This document shows positions 41,875 to 53,227 of a stretch of DNA of 64,000 nucleotides, one piece after another. Source of the DNA: Amphiscolops sp. MND2022 (lineage: Eukaryota). A model generated the notes under the pieces. The model was not told the DNA's origin, did no database searches, and was given only the letters and a program-made list of their open reading frames with translations. The stretch spans positions 48,360,001-48,424,000 of the forward strand of contig OZ076409.1 in NCBI GenBank assembly GCA_964187785.1, in the 5' to 3' direction. Made by a program: the position numbers and the translations under genes. Numbering within the stretch: position 1 is the stretch's first letter; each line of letters begins with the position of its first letter.

Positions 41875-42074
41875 TGACAGGGACATACAAATGTCGGTTC
41901 AACAAGAGAACCTTTAGTTTATTTCTTAAAGTCTATAGTCTTTGTTTTTTCTTCAACAGACTGAAGTCTTTGACAATTCTTTGCGCAGCAGTCGTTGTGG
42001 AACATATGCACCATCATTTTGCTAAAACAGTTATTTTCAGGAGCTCTGGAGGGAACGAGGAAATCTGGCTCCGC

Positions 42075-42350
42075 AGATCGGCAATGCTGCCTGTGTTCTA
42101 AAAATTGTGAGCGACGGAGATGCGTTTAAAGAATATAATTACATATAGCCTTTTTTTCTAAACCAGTATATCATTCCCCTTTTTTAAAATTTTGTTTCTA
42201 CCGGTCGACTGGGATAGTGGCTCGTATGAGAAGGGTTTTGTTTTATTGTTCCTGTTCTTGTTTAGTGAGATAGTGGCAGGTTTGGGGGGCCACGGGCGTG
42301 TTTCTTCTCCCCCAACATGAACCTTGATTGACACACGTGGCAACTAATGA
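42075..42350 (+). mobile_element. Isolated 3' end of the CRE-like element
   Basis: cagatcggcaatgc...tacatatagcct...ccggtcgactgggatagtggct...cttctcccccaacatga matches 51975-52240. Confidence 0.85.
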
Positions 42351-42630
42351 TGATCCTTGATATATGAACGAAAAGTCACAAAGTTGGCAAGGGACTTCTT
42401 GAGGAAGGCAATTTGTTCTTCGTTGTGTAGTGAAATCGTTCGCTGGTACTCCAAATATTGAATATTGAATATATGTCTTAATCTTAAAGAGCTCCTATTT
42501 GTGAGCAGCTGCACAAACAAAGTTCAATTCAAGCTCAAGTTCTTCTGGGTTTTATGAGAATTGAATCTGCCGGTTTCAATGATAGACCTTTCCAGAATTG
42601 GGAATTGCAGAGCGTTTCGGAAGGAGACTT

Positions 42631-42825
42631 CTATTGTCCACATTTTTCATTGCTCAGAGTAATCCATACAATTGCAGTGGTAAAGTGGTAATGTTCGACA
42701 GTTTGTTCGTAGTATCCGCACGTAGATTTCGTAGATTCGGCCTTCCAAATCTTGTACAAGAAGCCATTTAAACTGCAATGACCAGATGTGAGTCGGAAAT
42801 TGAGTGTTCCAGTTCTCTCAAGCAA
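42631..42825 (-). mobile_element. LINE ORF2 C-terminal zinc-knuckle fragment
   Basis: RLTSGHCSLNGFLYKI...TCGYYEQTVEH fits TGH..LN..L..I....C.CG...T..H. Confidence 0.6.
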
Positions 42826-43109
42826 GTTTACTCATAATAGCATTATTGCCTAGGGGAATTGCGGGAATTTCGCACTGGTTTGTCCACAAATTCCACCACA
42901 GCTTAGTTTCATAGGGATCGATTTCTGATGTTTGTGTAAGCTAAGGTGTATGGAAATAGCTCCACCAGAGTAATACATCTAGTTGAACGCGCTTTGAAAT
43001 CCCAAGCTAGGAAGCGTTTGAAGGATTCAGCGTCAGCACGGACTTTCGATTTTTTTTTCTGGTGGCTTATCAAAACGAAATTTACCAGATCATCGTCTGT
43101 TGTGAGAAT

Positions 43110-43588
43110 GGTGGGGTATTTTGGGACCGAACTTTTGTGTGATCGAAAACGAAATCGGAAATGGATCGAACGTTTTGAGATCAAATTAATCAGTTTTTGC
43201 TAAGTGTTTGCTCCTGCAAAGCAGTAAAAAGCTTTTAGAGTAATTTAGGTAATATTCCCCACCTAGTTTGTGGTCCTTTACGGTGTATGCACGCTCGCCC
43301 TCACCGTTGCAAAAACCAGCTGCTACTACGATTGCGTCGCGATCTCCATTCCCGCTAGGTCTTCGCTCCTGTTCGACCTCACTTAGCAAGATGGGATCAG
43401 AAGCAGCCCCAAGGGTCCGCGGGGCAATAAAAGAAATGGTGGCTTATCCGAGGGCCAAATCATTGTTATTTGAAAACGCTAGGTATATGAAAACATTGAT
43501 TCGATCTCATTTTCTTCGACCATTTTACTTCGATCTCAGTGACAGATTGCATATTCGCGCAACTTGATTCGATTCAAACATCCACCGC
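43110..43588 (-). mobile_element. MITE (GATCGAA-repeat shell, core A in reverse)
   Basis: GATCGAA repeats on the left and TTCGATC repeats on the right; GGTGG...CCACC ends. Core A reverse complement at ~43268-43455. Flanks tgtgagaat / cgtgagaac may be a decayed 9-bp TSD. Confidence 0.65.
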
Positions 43589-43649
43589 CGTGAGAACTTT
43601 GGTCAGTGGATTCATCTTAAGTTCGATGTTTTTTACTGCTGGTTTGTAG

Positions 43650-44050
43650 GACCCTCCGTTGCGGTGTGTAATATTGCGTTCTGTACTTGGGCAATTTTAT
43701 TCAGGTTTCGAGTGTTCCAAGCGTGAAGGCCGTGGAGCATTTTGGGCTGTAGAACAGATTTGTATATTTTCAGGATGGTACTGCTTTTAAGTCCAGATTT
43801 CAGCTGACAGCACTCTCACTTTCGCCCATTCTGGCCAGCCGCAGTCAATGTCTCTTTTTTACCACCGATAACAGCTGTCGCAATCAAAGTGTTACTATTT
43901 TTGTGTTTCTGTTTCGTCTTTCGCTGCACTGTATTCATCTTCTGTGCAATTTATTGGCAGGAAAACAGTTTTGCTGACAGTGATTTTTATACGGTCCTCA
44001 AAACACCATGTCTGAGTTTTGTTCATCGCTTGGGCGTTCTCATCTAGGCA
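43650..44050 (-). mobile_element. LINE RT C-terminal fragment
   Basis: The minus strand reads GLKSSTILKIYKSVLQPKMLHG...QVQNAIL..ATEG. Confidence 0.55.
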
Positions 44051-44081
44051 TTTATAAAATTATTAAATAGTTTCATATATT

Positions 44082-44486
44082 ATGGCAACCACTTCTGACG
44101 ACGACGTAAACGATACCTCACACAGCGAGGAGGGAGGACGAACTCGACTGGAAAGCGACAGCGCGAAATCAAAGCTGGAGAGTGCTGGCCCTGGATACTA
44201 CCCAGTCGTGAACGAGCTCCTGAACGCTGGCAACGACGCTCTGGAGGCCCGTCTCAGGAAGATGACAAAGGCATACCTGCTGTGTCTAACACGTGAACTC
44301 GCCTCACAACTACGCGACACCAAACACCAACTACTGGATGAAAACAAGATAAGTGAATCATTATTGCAAATTACTTCCGATGTTAAAGAACTGAAACAAA
44401 ACTCAGCTGTTCAAACCAAAAAAGTGCAGCAGCAACCAATCATAGTATCTGTTCATGATAACTCAAATGTTACAGAACCGTTTTGA
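44082..44486 (+). CDS. 134-aa ORF of unknown function, possibly a LINE ORF1 N-terminus, fused to a CRE fragment at ~44470
   Basis: ATG start, coding-like composition and a coiled coil (LLQITSDVKELKQ). The last codons overlap CRE sequence tacagaaccgttttgaaagatctc. Confidence 0.35.
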   Translation: MATTSDDDVNDTSHSEEGGRTRLESDSAKSKLESAGPGYYPVVNELLNAGNDALEARLRKMTKAYLLCLTRELASQLRDTKHQLLDENKISESLLQITSDVKELKQNSAVQTKKVQQQPIIVSVHDNSNVTEPF

Positions 44487-46697
44487 AAGATCTCAAAAAA
44501 TTGTTGAAGCGGAAAAAAACGCTGGGATTCAAAATTAAACCCACTAAATGTGAATTTTTCTTCCTTGGACACATCACTGAAACACACAAGCAGACTTATT
44601 GGAGAAGAAAATCAATGAACTGGAAAAAATTAATGGAATAGTTCAAAAGCTAGATGCGCACTATGGTTTTTTATGTTGAAAAATTGCCTCAGTCTGCCAA
44701 AGTTGTTTTACTTCCAGAGAACCAATACATCTTTTAATCACGCATCTCTCTTGGAAAGTTATGACAAAACCGTACGCGACGGGCTTTCCAAAGTGTGTAA
44801 CGTGAACTTCGACGATATTTTGAGTACTCAGCTGGCTCTGCCCGCTGAAATGTGTGGTCTTGGGGTGTCATCCGCATCATTATTAGCACTTCCAGCCTTT
44901 TTTTGATCTCAGCTTTTGATGCGAGTGACTTTCTCACGACGATTTCTTCGAAAACATCCGTAGATGTTTCGTTTAGAAAAGCGCTTGAGAAAGGTTTGAG
45001 TTTGACGGAAGAACAGAAACGTCCTCTCGATGGATCCAGAAAAATTGGACACAACCTGTCTTCGTCAGAACCGCCCAAGAATTGATTTCTAGAATGGATG
45101 ACAAATGTTCAAAAGTTTTCAACGCTTGTCATGGCAAACTCGGGTCTCAATGGCTGAACGTCGTTCTTTGTAAAAACCTAGGCCTAAAATTAGCAACTTC
45201 GGATTTCAATGGTTTACGTCTCGGTGCCAACATTGGTGCCATCTTTGGTGCGAAACTTAATGCACTGAAAAAGTTTGATGGAGGACTTCGTCCTATTCCT
45301 GTATTACACCCTGAAGTTTATAAGTACTCACACTCGGCGTACAGTCAATCAAGTTTTCTTTTTTACGGTGATTCAGTAATCAATATTTGTGAAGGGACCC
45401 AGCAAGGAGATCCTGAGTCTCCAGCTGTGTTTTAGGATTCCATTCAGGATCTTATTGACAGTTTGGAGTCGAAAATAAACTTACGGTACCTTGGCAATGG
45501 AATTTTAAGTGATGACTACAGAACCGTTTTGAAAGCTCTCTAAAAATTGTAGAACGGAAAAAACGCTGGGATTCAAAATTAAACCCACTAAATGTGAATT
45601 TTTCTTCCTTGGACACATCACTGAAACACGCCGATTGACAACTTTAGCATTTGTTGAAAAACTGCCCTGAGATCAAACCACCAGGGAAAGATGAACTTAT
45701 CATTCTTGGTTCACCGCTCGGCCCGAATTCACAAGCAGACTTATTGGAGAAGACAATCAATGAACTGGAAAAAGTTAATGGAATAGTTTAAAAGCTAAAT
45801 GCGCACTATGGTTTTTTTATGTTGAAAAATTGCCTCAGTCTGCCAAAGTTGTTTTACTTCCAGAGAACCAGTACATCTTTTAATCACGCATCTCTCTTGG
45901 AAAGGTATGACAAAACCGTACGCGACGGGCTTTCCAAAGTGTGTAACGTGAACTTCGACAATATTTCGAGTACTCAGCTGGCTCTGCCCGCTGAAATGTG
46001 TGGTCTTGGGGTGTCATCCGCATCATTATTAGCACTTCCAGCCTTTTTTGATCTCAGCTTTTGGTGCGAGTGACTTTCTCACGACGATTTCCTCGAAAAC
46101 ATTCGTAGATGTTTCGTTTAGAAAAGCGCTTGAGAAAGGGTTGAGTTTGACGGAAAAGCAGGAAAATCCTCTCGATGGACCCAGAAAAATTGGACACAAC
46201 CTGTCTTCGTCAGAACCGCCCAAGAATTGATTTCTAGAATGGATGACAAACGTTTGAAAGTTTTCAACGCTCATCAAGGCAAATTTGGGTCTCAATGGCT
46301 GAACGTCGTTCCTTGTAAAAACTTAGGCCTAAAATCAGCAACTTCGGCTTTCAATTGGTTTACGTCTCGGAGCCAACATTTGCGTTGTGCATACGTGCCA
46401 CTATGGTAAGAGAGTTGAACGGGATGGTTTACACGATCTTTCTTTCGCCAAGAGTGCTGGTCGCTTCTCACGTCATGCTACTCTCAATTCTCGCATAAAG
46501 CAGACGTTGGGATCTGGATCTCTCGACTTACCTTCAATGCTCGAACCGCGTGGACTGTACCGAACCGATGGCAAACGCCCAGACGGTGTTACCATGATTC
46601 CTTAGGAAAAGGGTAAACAGCAGGTGTGGTATGTCAGAGTTGTGGATGCTCTTGCACCTAGTCGCCTGAATCAAGGCTCTTTATGCAACCCGGGAAC

Positions 46698-47197
46698 GGG
46701 TGGCTGAAATAGGTCGAAGTTTTCTGGTCAAAAGGACAGAGGTCGAACCTTTTGATCGAATTGCCGGGATCGAATGGAATGCGGTCGAATTTGATCGGAG
46801 CCTTAGAGCCGGAAACGTTCTTTGTTTGCCTCAAGTCGATTGACTATCATAATGTGGGGCATATGCTGTGTATGCACGCACGCCCTCAACGTCGCAAAGA
46901 CCAGCTCCCACTACGATCGTTTCGCGATCTCCGTTCCCGGTCCGTCTTTGCTCCTGTTCGACCTCGCTTAGCAAGATGGGAACATAAGCGGCCCCATGGG
47001 CCGCGGGGCACTAGAGGAAAGGGGGACATATCCGAGACACATATCCGGGGACATATAATCTGCGGCAATTCGATTTGTTTCCCATAAATCAAAATTTCGA
47101 TCCGAGTTGTTTCAATCCCATTCAAAAATTTGGTATGTCGACCCGAGGACTGACTCTGATTTTCGATCCCGTTCCTTCGAACTTTTCCCGCCCACCT
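46698..47197 (-). mobile_element. 500-bp MITE (shell 1, core A) inserted in the CRE RLE region, 9-bp TSD
   Basis: TSD CCCGGGAAC at 46689-97 and 47198-206. The empty site atgcaacccgggaaccaccgcc is present in the paralogue at ~51750. Confidence 0.92.
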
Positions 47198-47246
47198 CCC
47201 GGGAACCACCGCCACCGAGGCTGAAGTGCGTAAAATTGAGAAGTAT

Positions 47247-47409
47247 AAAAACCCAAGCTCGACATGATTGTGAGAAAATAACCATTACAGGACTCGAACC
47301 TGCATCTCAAGACAGATCTAGCTAGCAGTCAAGCGCCCTAACCCTTAGACCAAATGGCTTATTCAATCTCACCAATCATTCGACTTATCACTAACAACGC
47401 CGTTGTTAT
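47247..47409 (-). mobile_element. tRNA(Ser-like)-containing SINE-like insert
   Basis: Minus strand 47359-47280 folds with an acceptor stem AGCCATT/AATGGTT, A-box TGGTCTAAGGG, CT-GCT-AG loop, long variable arm ATCT/AGAT and T-arm GCAGG-TTCGAGT-CCTGT; the anticodon stem is broken. Followed by TTTTT. Flanks agaagtat / agaagcat look like a TSD. Confidence 0.7.
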
Positions 47410-47858
47410 AGAAGCATCGCAAATTAATAGACATTGGATACCATTTTCAACCGGTGGCATTGGAAGTACAGGGTTCTTTAGACGAGAGCAGTGAAATTTT
47501 CATCACGCGTCTCTATAAAATGCTCTGTCGTTCGCACGACGATCAACGAGCTGGCAGCTTTTTGAAGCAGCGGGTTTCAATGGCTCTTCAGATCGGCAAT
47601 GCGGCCTGTCTTCTAGGAACTGTGAGCGACAGAGATGCGTTCGAAAAAATTTATTACATAGTTAATTTTTTTGGAAAAAAATGTCTATTTCATTTCAGTT
47701 TTAAAAATATCTAACAGTCGACTGGGATAGTGGCTGGTGTGAGTAGTTTGTTGATTGGTATTTTTGTTACTGGTCTACTGGGATAGTGGCTAGTATGTGG
47801 TTCCTTTCGTTCGTTGCAGACCACGGGTGTGTGTCTTCTCCCCCCAACATGATGATAC

Positions 47859-48665
47859 GGGAACAGGACGTTTCGGCAAAAGAAAAAATCGAGACGTTTC
47901 GGCAAATTTTTCATGCCGAAACATCCCATATTATCTTGGTTTTGTTTTTGTTTTTCTACAAACTGGTTAGGTCCAGTTTGTAGAATTCTGGAATTGAAGA
48001 AAAACGATAAGACAATGTAGGAATGATGGAAAGCATAAAACGTGCCTAGGATATGTCCCCATTTCCTCTAGTGCCCCGCGGCCCCTTGGGGCCGCTTTTA
48101 TTCCCATCTTGCTAAGCGAGGTCGAAAAGGAGCGAAGACCTATCGGGAACGGAAATCGCGAAGCGATCATAGTTGGAGCTGGTCTTTGCGACGGTGAGGG
48201 CGAGCGTGCATACACCGGATATGCTCCACATATCATACGAAACGTTTCGGCAAATGTTTTTAGCCTGAGACGTTTCGGGGGTGAGCGGAAATAGGTCGAA
48301 AGAACGGGATCGAAAATCAGAGTTAGTCCTCAGGTCGACATACCAAATTTTTGAATGGGATCGAAACAACTCGGATCGAAATTTTTATAACGTAGTCAGA
48401 TATGTTCACATACCCCTAGTGCCCTGAATGCAGGAGCGAAGCGAAGCGGAGCGACGTGCCATATGGCCATGCCTCAATGTTGCTACTTGGCGAAGGGAGC
48501 GAAGGGACCGAGCCATGCAACAAATACGATAAAATTCGACCGCATGCCATTCGATCCCTGCAATTTGATCAAAAGGTTCGACCTCTGTCCTTTCGACCAG
48601 AAAAATTCGACCTATTTACAGCCACCCACGTTTCGGCATATTTTTTTGCCGAAACGTCCGGAATC
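47859..48665 (+). mobile_element. MITE (ACGTTTCGGC-repeat shell, core A), 9-bp TSD, hosting a nested MITE
   Basis: TSD TGATGATAC at 47850-58 and 48666-74. TIR GGACGTTTCGGCAAAA / TTTTGCCGAAACGTCC. The empty site caacatgatgatacacatggc is at ~52226-52246. Confidence 0.92.
48279..48627 (+). mobile_element. 349-bp MITE (shell 1, core B) nested in the previous element
   Basis: TSD ACGTTTCGG at 48270-78 and 48628-36. GGGTGAGC...GCCACCC ends. Confidence 0.92.
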
Positions 48666-50515
48666 TGATGATACACATGGCACTTGATTGATGAGGATCC
48701 ATGATATCTGATTGAGGGAAGAAAGGATGTGCAATCAGACTTTAACAGAGTTGTGTCATCTGCATATTTGCATTGGTAATGAATAGATTGATCAACAATG
48801 TCAACACCGAAGATTTAAAAAAGCAAAGGTGATAGAATGCTGCCTTGTGGGCACGCCAATATTGACCAAAAATCTTCAATGAATCGTGTCGTGATAATGT
48901 CTCAGCCCAAAGAATACGTAATTTTGAAAATTGACTTTGAAAACGCTTTCAATTCGTTAAACCGGCAATTCATGCTAGAGAAAGTTTTTGAAATACACCC
49001 TGAAGTTTATAAGTATTCACACTCTGCGTACAGTCAGCCAAGTTTTCTTTTTTACGGTGATTCAGTAATCAAATCTTGTGAAGGGACCCAGCAAGGAGAT
49101 CCTGAGTCTCCAGCTTTGTTTTCGGATTCCATTCAGGATCTGATTGACAGTTTGGAGTCGAAAATAAACTTACGGTACCTTGGCAATGGAATTTTAAGTG
49201 ATGATTACAGAACCGTTTTGAAAGATCTCTAAAAATTGTAGAACGGAAAAAACGCTGGGATTCAAAATTAAACCCACTAAATGTGAATTTTTCTTCCTTG
49301 GACACATCACTGAAACACGCCGATTGACAATTTTAGCATTTTTTGAAAAACTGCCCTGAGATCAAACCACCAGGGAAAGATGAACTTATCATTCTTGGTT
49401 CACCGCTCGGCCCGAATTCACAAGCAGACTTATTGGAGAAGACAATCAATGAACTGGAAAAAGTTAATGGAATAGTTTAAAAGCTAAATGCGCACTATGG
49501 TTTTTTTATGTTGAAAAATTGCCTCAGTCTGCCAAAGTTGTTTCACTTCCAGAGAACCAGTACATCTTTTAATCACGCATCTCTCTTGGAAAGGTATGAC
49601 AAAACCGTACGCGACGGGCTTTCCAAAGTGTGTAACATGAACTTCAACAATATTTCGAGTACTCAGCTGGCTCTGCCCGCTGAAATGTGTGGTCTTGGGG
49701 TGTCATCTGCATCATTATTAGCACTTCCAGCCTTTTTTGATCTCAGCTTTTGGTGCGAGTGACTTTCTCACGACGATTTCCTCGAAAACATTCGTAGATG
49801 TTTCGTTTAGAAAAGCGCATGAGAAAGGGTTGAGTTTGACGGAAAAGCAATAAGAATTGATTTCTAGAATGGATGACAAATGTTCAAAATTTTTCAACGC
49901 TTATCATGGCAAATTCGGGTCTCAATGGCTGAACGTCGTTCTTTGTAAAAACCTAGGCCTAAAATTAGCAACTTCGGATTTCAATGGTTTACGTCTAGGT
50001 GCCAACATTGGTGCCATCTTTGGTGCGAAACTTAATGCACTGAAAAAGTTTGATGGAGGACTTCGTCCTATTCCTGTATTACACCCTGAAGATTATAAGT
50101 ACTCACACTCGGCGTACAGTCAATCAAGTTTTCTTTTTTACGGTGATTCAGTAATCAAATTTTGTGAAGGGACCCAGCAAGGAGATCCTGAGTCTCCAGC
50201 TGTGTTTTAGGATTCCATTCAGGATCTTATTGACAGTTTGGAGTCGAAAATAAACTTACGGTACCTTGGCAATGGAATTTTAAGTGATGATTACCGAACC
50301 GTTTTGAAAGATCTCAAAAAAATTGTTGAAGCGGAAAGAACGCTGGGACTCAAAATTAAACCCACGAAATGTGAATTTTTTTTCCCTGGTGACATCACTG
50401 AAAAACGACGATCGACAATTTTAGCATCTTTCCAAAAACTTTGCCCCGGGATCAAAACACCAAAGAAAGATGAACTTATCATTCTTGGTTCACCGCTCGG
50501 TCAGAAATCACAAGC

Positions 50516-51079
50516 AGACCTATTGGAAAAGAAAATTAATGAACTGGAAAAAATTAACGGGATTGTTGAAAAACTAGATGCGCACTATGGTTTTTTTATG
50601 CTGAAAAATTGCTTCAGTTTGCCAAAGTTGTTGTACTCCCTGAGAACCAGTACATGTTTTAATCATCCAGCTCTCTTGGAGAAAAATGACAAAACCGTGC
50701 GCGACGGACTTTCCAAAGTGTGTAACGTGAACTTCGACGATATTTCGAGTACTCAGCTGGCTCTGCCTGCTGAGATGGGTGGTCTTGGGGTTTTGCGGAT
50801 GAAACCCCAAGACCACCCATCTCAGCAGGCAGAGCCAGCTGAGTACTCGAAATAACGTCGAAGTTCACGTTACACACTTTGGAAAGTCCGTCGCGCACGG
50901 TTTTGTCATATTTCTCCAAGAGAGCTGGATGATTAAAACATGTACTGGTTCTCAGGGAGTACAACAACTTTGGCAAACTGAAGCAATTTTTCAACATAAA
51001 AAAACCATAGTGCGCATCTAGTTTTTCAACAATCCCGTTAACTTTTTCCAGTTCATTAATTTTCTTTTTCAATAGGTCT
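50516..51079. repeat. Foldback inverted duplication, ~277-bp arms with a 10-nt spacer
   Basis: 50516-50792 is the reverse complement of 50803-51079, with only a few mismatches. Centre: ggtcttggggtt-ttgcggatga-aaccccaagacc. Confidence 0.95.
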
Positions 51080-51290
51080 TTTCCAATCATTATTAGCACT
51101 TCCCGCCTTTTTGGCCTCAGCTTTGGGTGCGAGTGACTTTCTCTTGATGATTTTCTCGGAAACAATCGAAGATGTTTCGTTTACAAAAGCGCTTGAGAAG
51201 TGGTTGAGTTTGACGAATGAACAGGAAAGTCCTCTCGATGGAACTCAGAAAAATTGGACACACCCTGTCTACGTCAAAACCGCCTAAGAT

Positions 51291-52049
51291 TTGATTTCTA
51301 GAATGGATGACAAACGTTCGAAAGTTTTCAACGCTCATCAAGGCAAATTCGGGTCTCAATGGCTGAACGTCGTTCCTTGCAAGAACCTAGGCCTGAAACT
51401 TGATGATCAGCAACTTCGAATTTCAATTGGTTCGCGTCTCGGTGCCAACATCTGCGTTGCGCATACGTGCCACTGTGGTGAAAGAGTTGAACGGGACGGT
51501 TTACACGGTCTTTCTTGCACCAAGAGTGCTGGTCGCTTCTCACGTCATGCTACTCTCAATTCCCTCATAAAGCAGACGTTGGGATCTCTCGACTTGCCTT
51601 CAATGCTCGAACCGCGTGGACTGTACCGAACTGATGGCAAGCCCCCAGACGGTGTTACCATGATTCCTTGGGAAATGGGTAAACAGCTGGTGTGGGATGT
51701 CACGGTTGTGGATGCTCTTGCACCCAGTCGCCTGAATCAAGGCTCTTTATGCAACCCGGGAACCACCGCCACCGAGGCTGAAGCGCGTAAAATTGAGAAG
51801 TATCGCGAATTAATAGACAATGGATACATTTTTCAGCCAGTGGCCTTGGAAGTACAGGGTTCTTTAGGCGAGAGCAGTGAAATTTTCATCACGCGTCTCT
51901 GTAAATTGCTCTGTCGTTCGCACGACGATCAACGAGCTGGCAGCTTTTTGAAGCAACGGATTTCAATGGCTCTTCAGATCGGCAATGCGGCCTGTGTTCT
52001 AGGAACTGTGAGCGACAGAGTTGCGTTCGAAGAAATTTATTACATATAG
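51291..52049 (+). pseudogene. Uninterrupted 252-codon CCHC + RLE domain of a CRE copy (in-frame TAA just upstream)
   Basis: ORF track 51291..52049 has a non-ATG start. The preceding codons read GCC TAA GAT where the paralogues have GCC CAA GAA. Confidence 0.85.
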
Positions 52050-52595
52050 CCTAATTTTTTTGACCTTTATCAAAGCAGCTATAAAAAAAATTCACCGGTC
52101 GACTGCATAGTGGCTGGTTTGAGTAGTTTGTTGGTGGTTTTTTTGTTACTGGTCTACTGGTATAGTGGCTGGTATGGGGTTCCCTTTTTTCGTTGCAGAC
52201 CACGGGTGTGTGTCTTCTCCCCCCAACATGATGATACACATGGCACTTGATTGATGACGAAGATCTATGATATCTGATAGAGAAGAAAAAAAAGATAATG
52301 TCTTCTTCAAAAGTTTCCAAGTCTAAAATATTGATGGGATAATAGTTGGAAAACAGTATCAATGTTCAATCCACTGGGGGTCATCAGCATATCATCTAAA
52401 ACAGTAGCATTGATCTACGGAATGTAAATAAAAATAACAAAAGGAAAGAATATAAACAATCAACAAAAAGTTAAAAGATCATATCACAACTACCAAAATC
52501 GTAAATTGTAGTTATGATGCTTTCAAGTCTGCTACTACTCCTATAATCAGTAGTTATTTGCCAGTGTTTGATAGTGATTGATTTTCAGATTGTTG

Positions 52596-52714
52596 ATGGG
52601 TGTGTTCCAATTTTTGTTTTGTACAGCTGTCTTGACTGTGATCTTTCTGACAACGTTCGTTTTTTCAGTTGAGAAGCACAATTTCAAAACTTGCCAAGAC
52701 AGTAGTTTTTGCTT
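52596..52714 (+). CDS. GANAB: Glucosidase II alpha subunit (GH31), coding exon 1 with signal peptide
   Basis: MGVFQFLFCTAVLTVIFLTTFVFS-VEKHNFKTCQDSSFC matches VDRSNFKTCEESSFC. Donor TT|gtaagt. Confidence 0.85.
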
Positions 52715-53227
52715 GTAAGTATGTTTCTAATTGTTTCTGAAGAAAAATCATTACCCACTAAAATGCGTACCAAATAGAGGCGGAATTTAGTCGAAATAGT
52801 AAATCTTTTTGTCACATCGACTTCATGCAATTCTAAACTTGGCGGCACAGCGAACACTTCCGAGAATCAGCTTAATAAGTGTGGTATGTTTTGATGGAAT
52901 ACGCCGCCGCCGAATTGAAAGTTTGATTCAATTCCGAAGAAAATCATTTCTAGTATGACAGAGTACACTTGAAATAAAACGCTTTATAATTATGAAATTA
53001 AGAATCATCGATGTGATAGAGTCTGATGATCCATAAAACGACAGTTTAATGGAATGTCTCAGATGTCATCCCGAACCTGTCTGCACTATTTTGCTGAATC
53101 GTATCAGACACGCTCTGGTACAAGTTTTTGGTGTTTGGTGGAAACAGCTAAATTGTGATACGGTCGATACCAATTGAACATATTTCTGCCATATATATTT
53201 GAGAATTGGGTTTTGTGTTTTTTTCAG

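Larger units (their letters stand above)
44470..52250 (+). mobile_element. Rearranged tandem array of CRE-clade non-LTR retrotransposon fragments (RT + restriction-like endonuclease)
   Basis: RT motifs KIDFENAFNS, GTQQGDP and LGSPLG. C-terminal CCHC (CHCG...HGLSC) and RLE (PDG...PW...WDVTVVD...KIEKY...QRISMALQIGNA). About 3-4 partial copies, with two 3' ends (~47660-47858 and 52050-52250). Confidence 0.92.

Noticed and set aside
47280-47359. Functional tRNA-Ser gene
   Set aside because: The anticodon stem cannot pair, and the sequence is an insertion inside a retrotransposon.
50659-51165. Minus-strand RT-like ORF as a second, opposing element
   Set aside because: It is the inverted arm of the foldback duplication.
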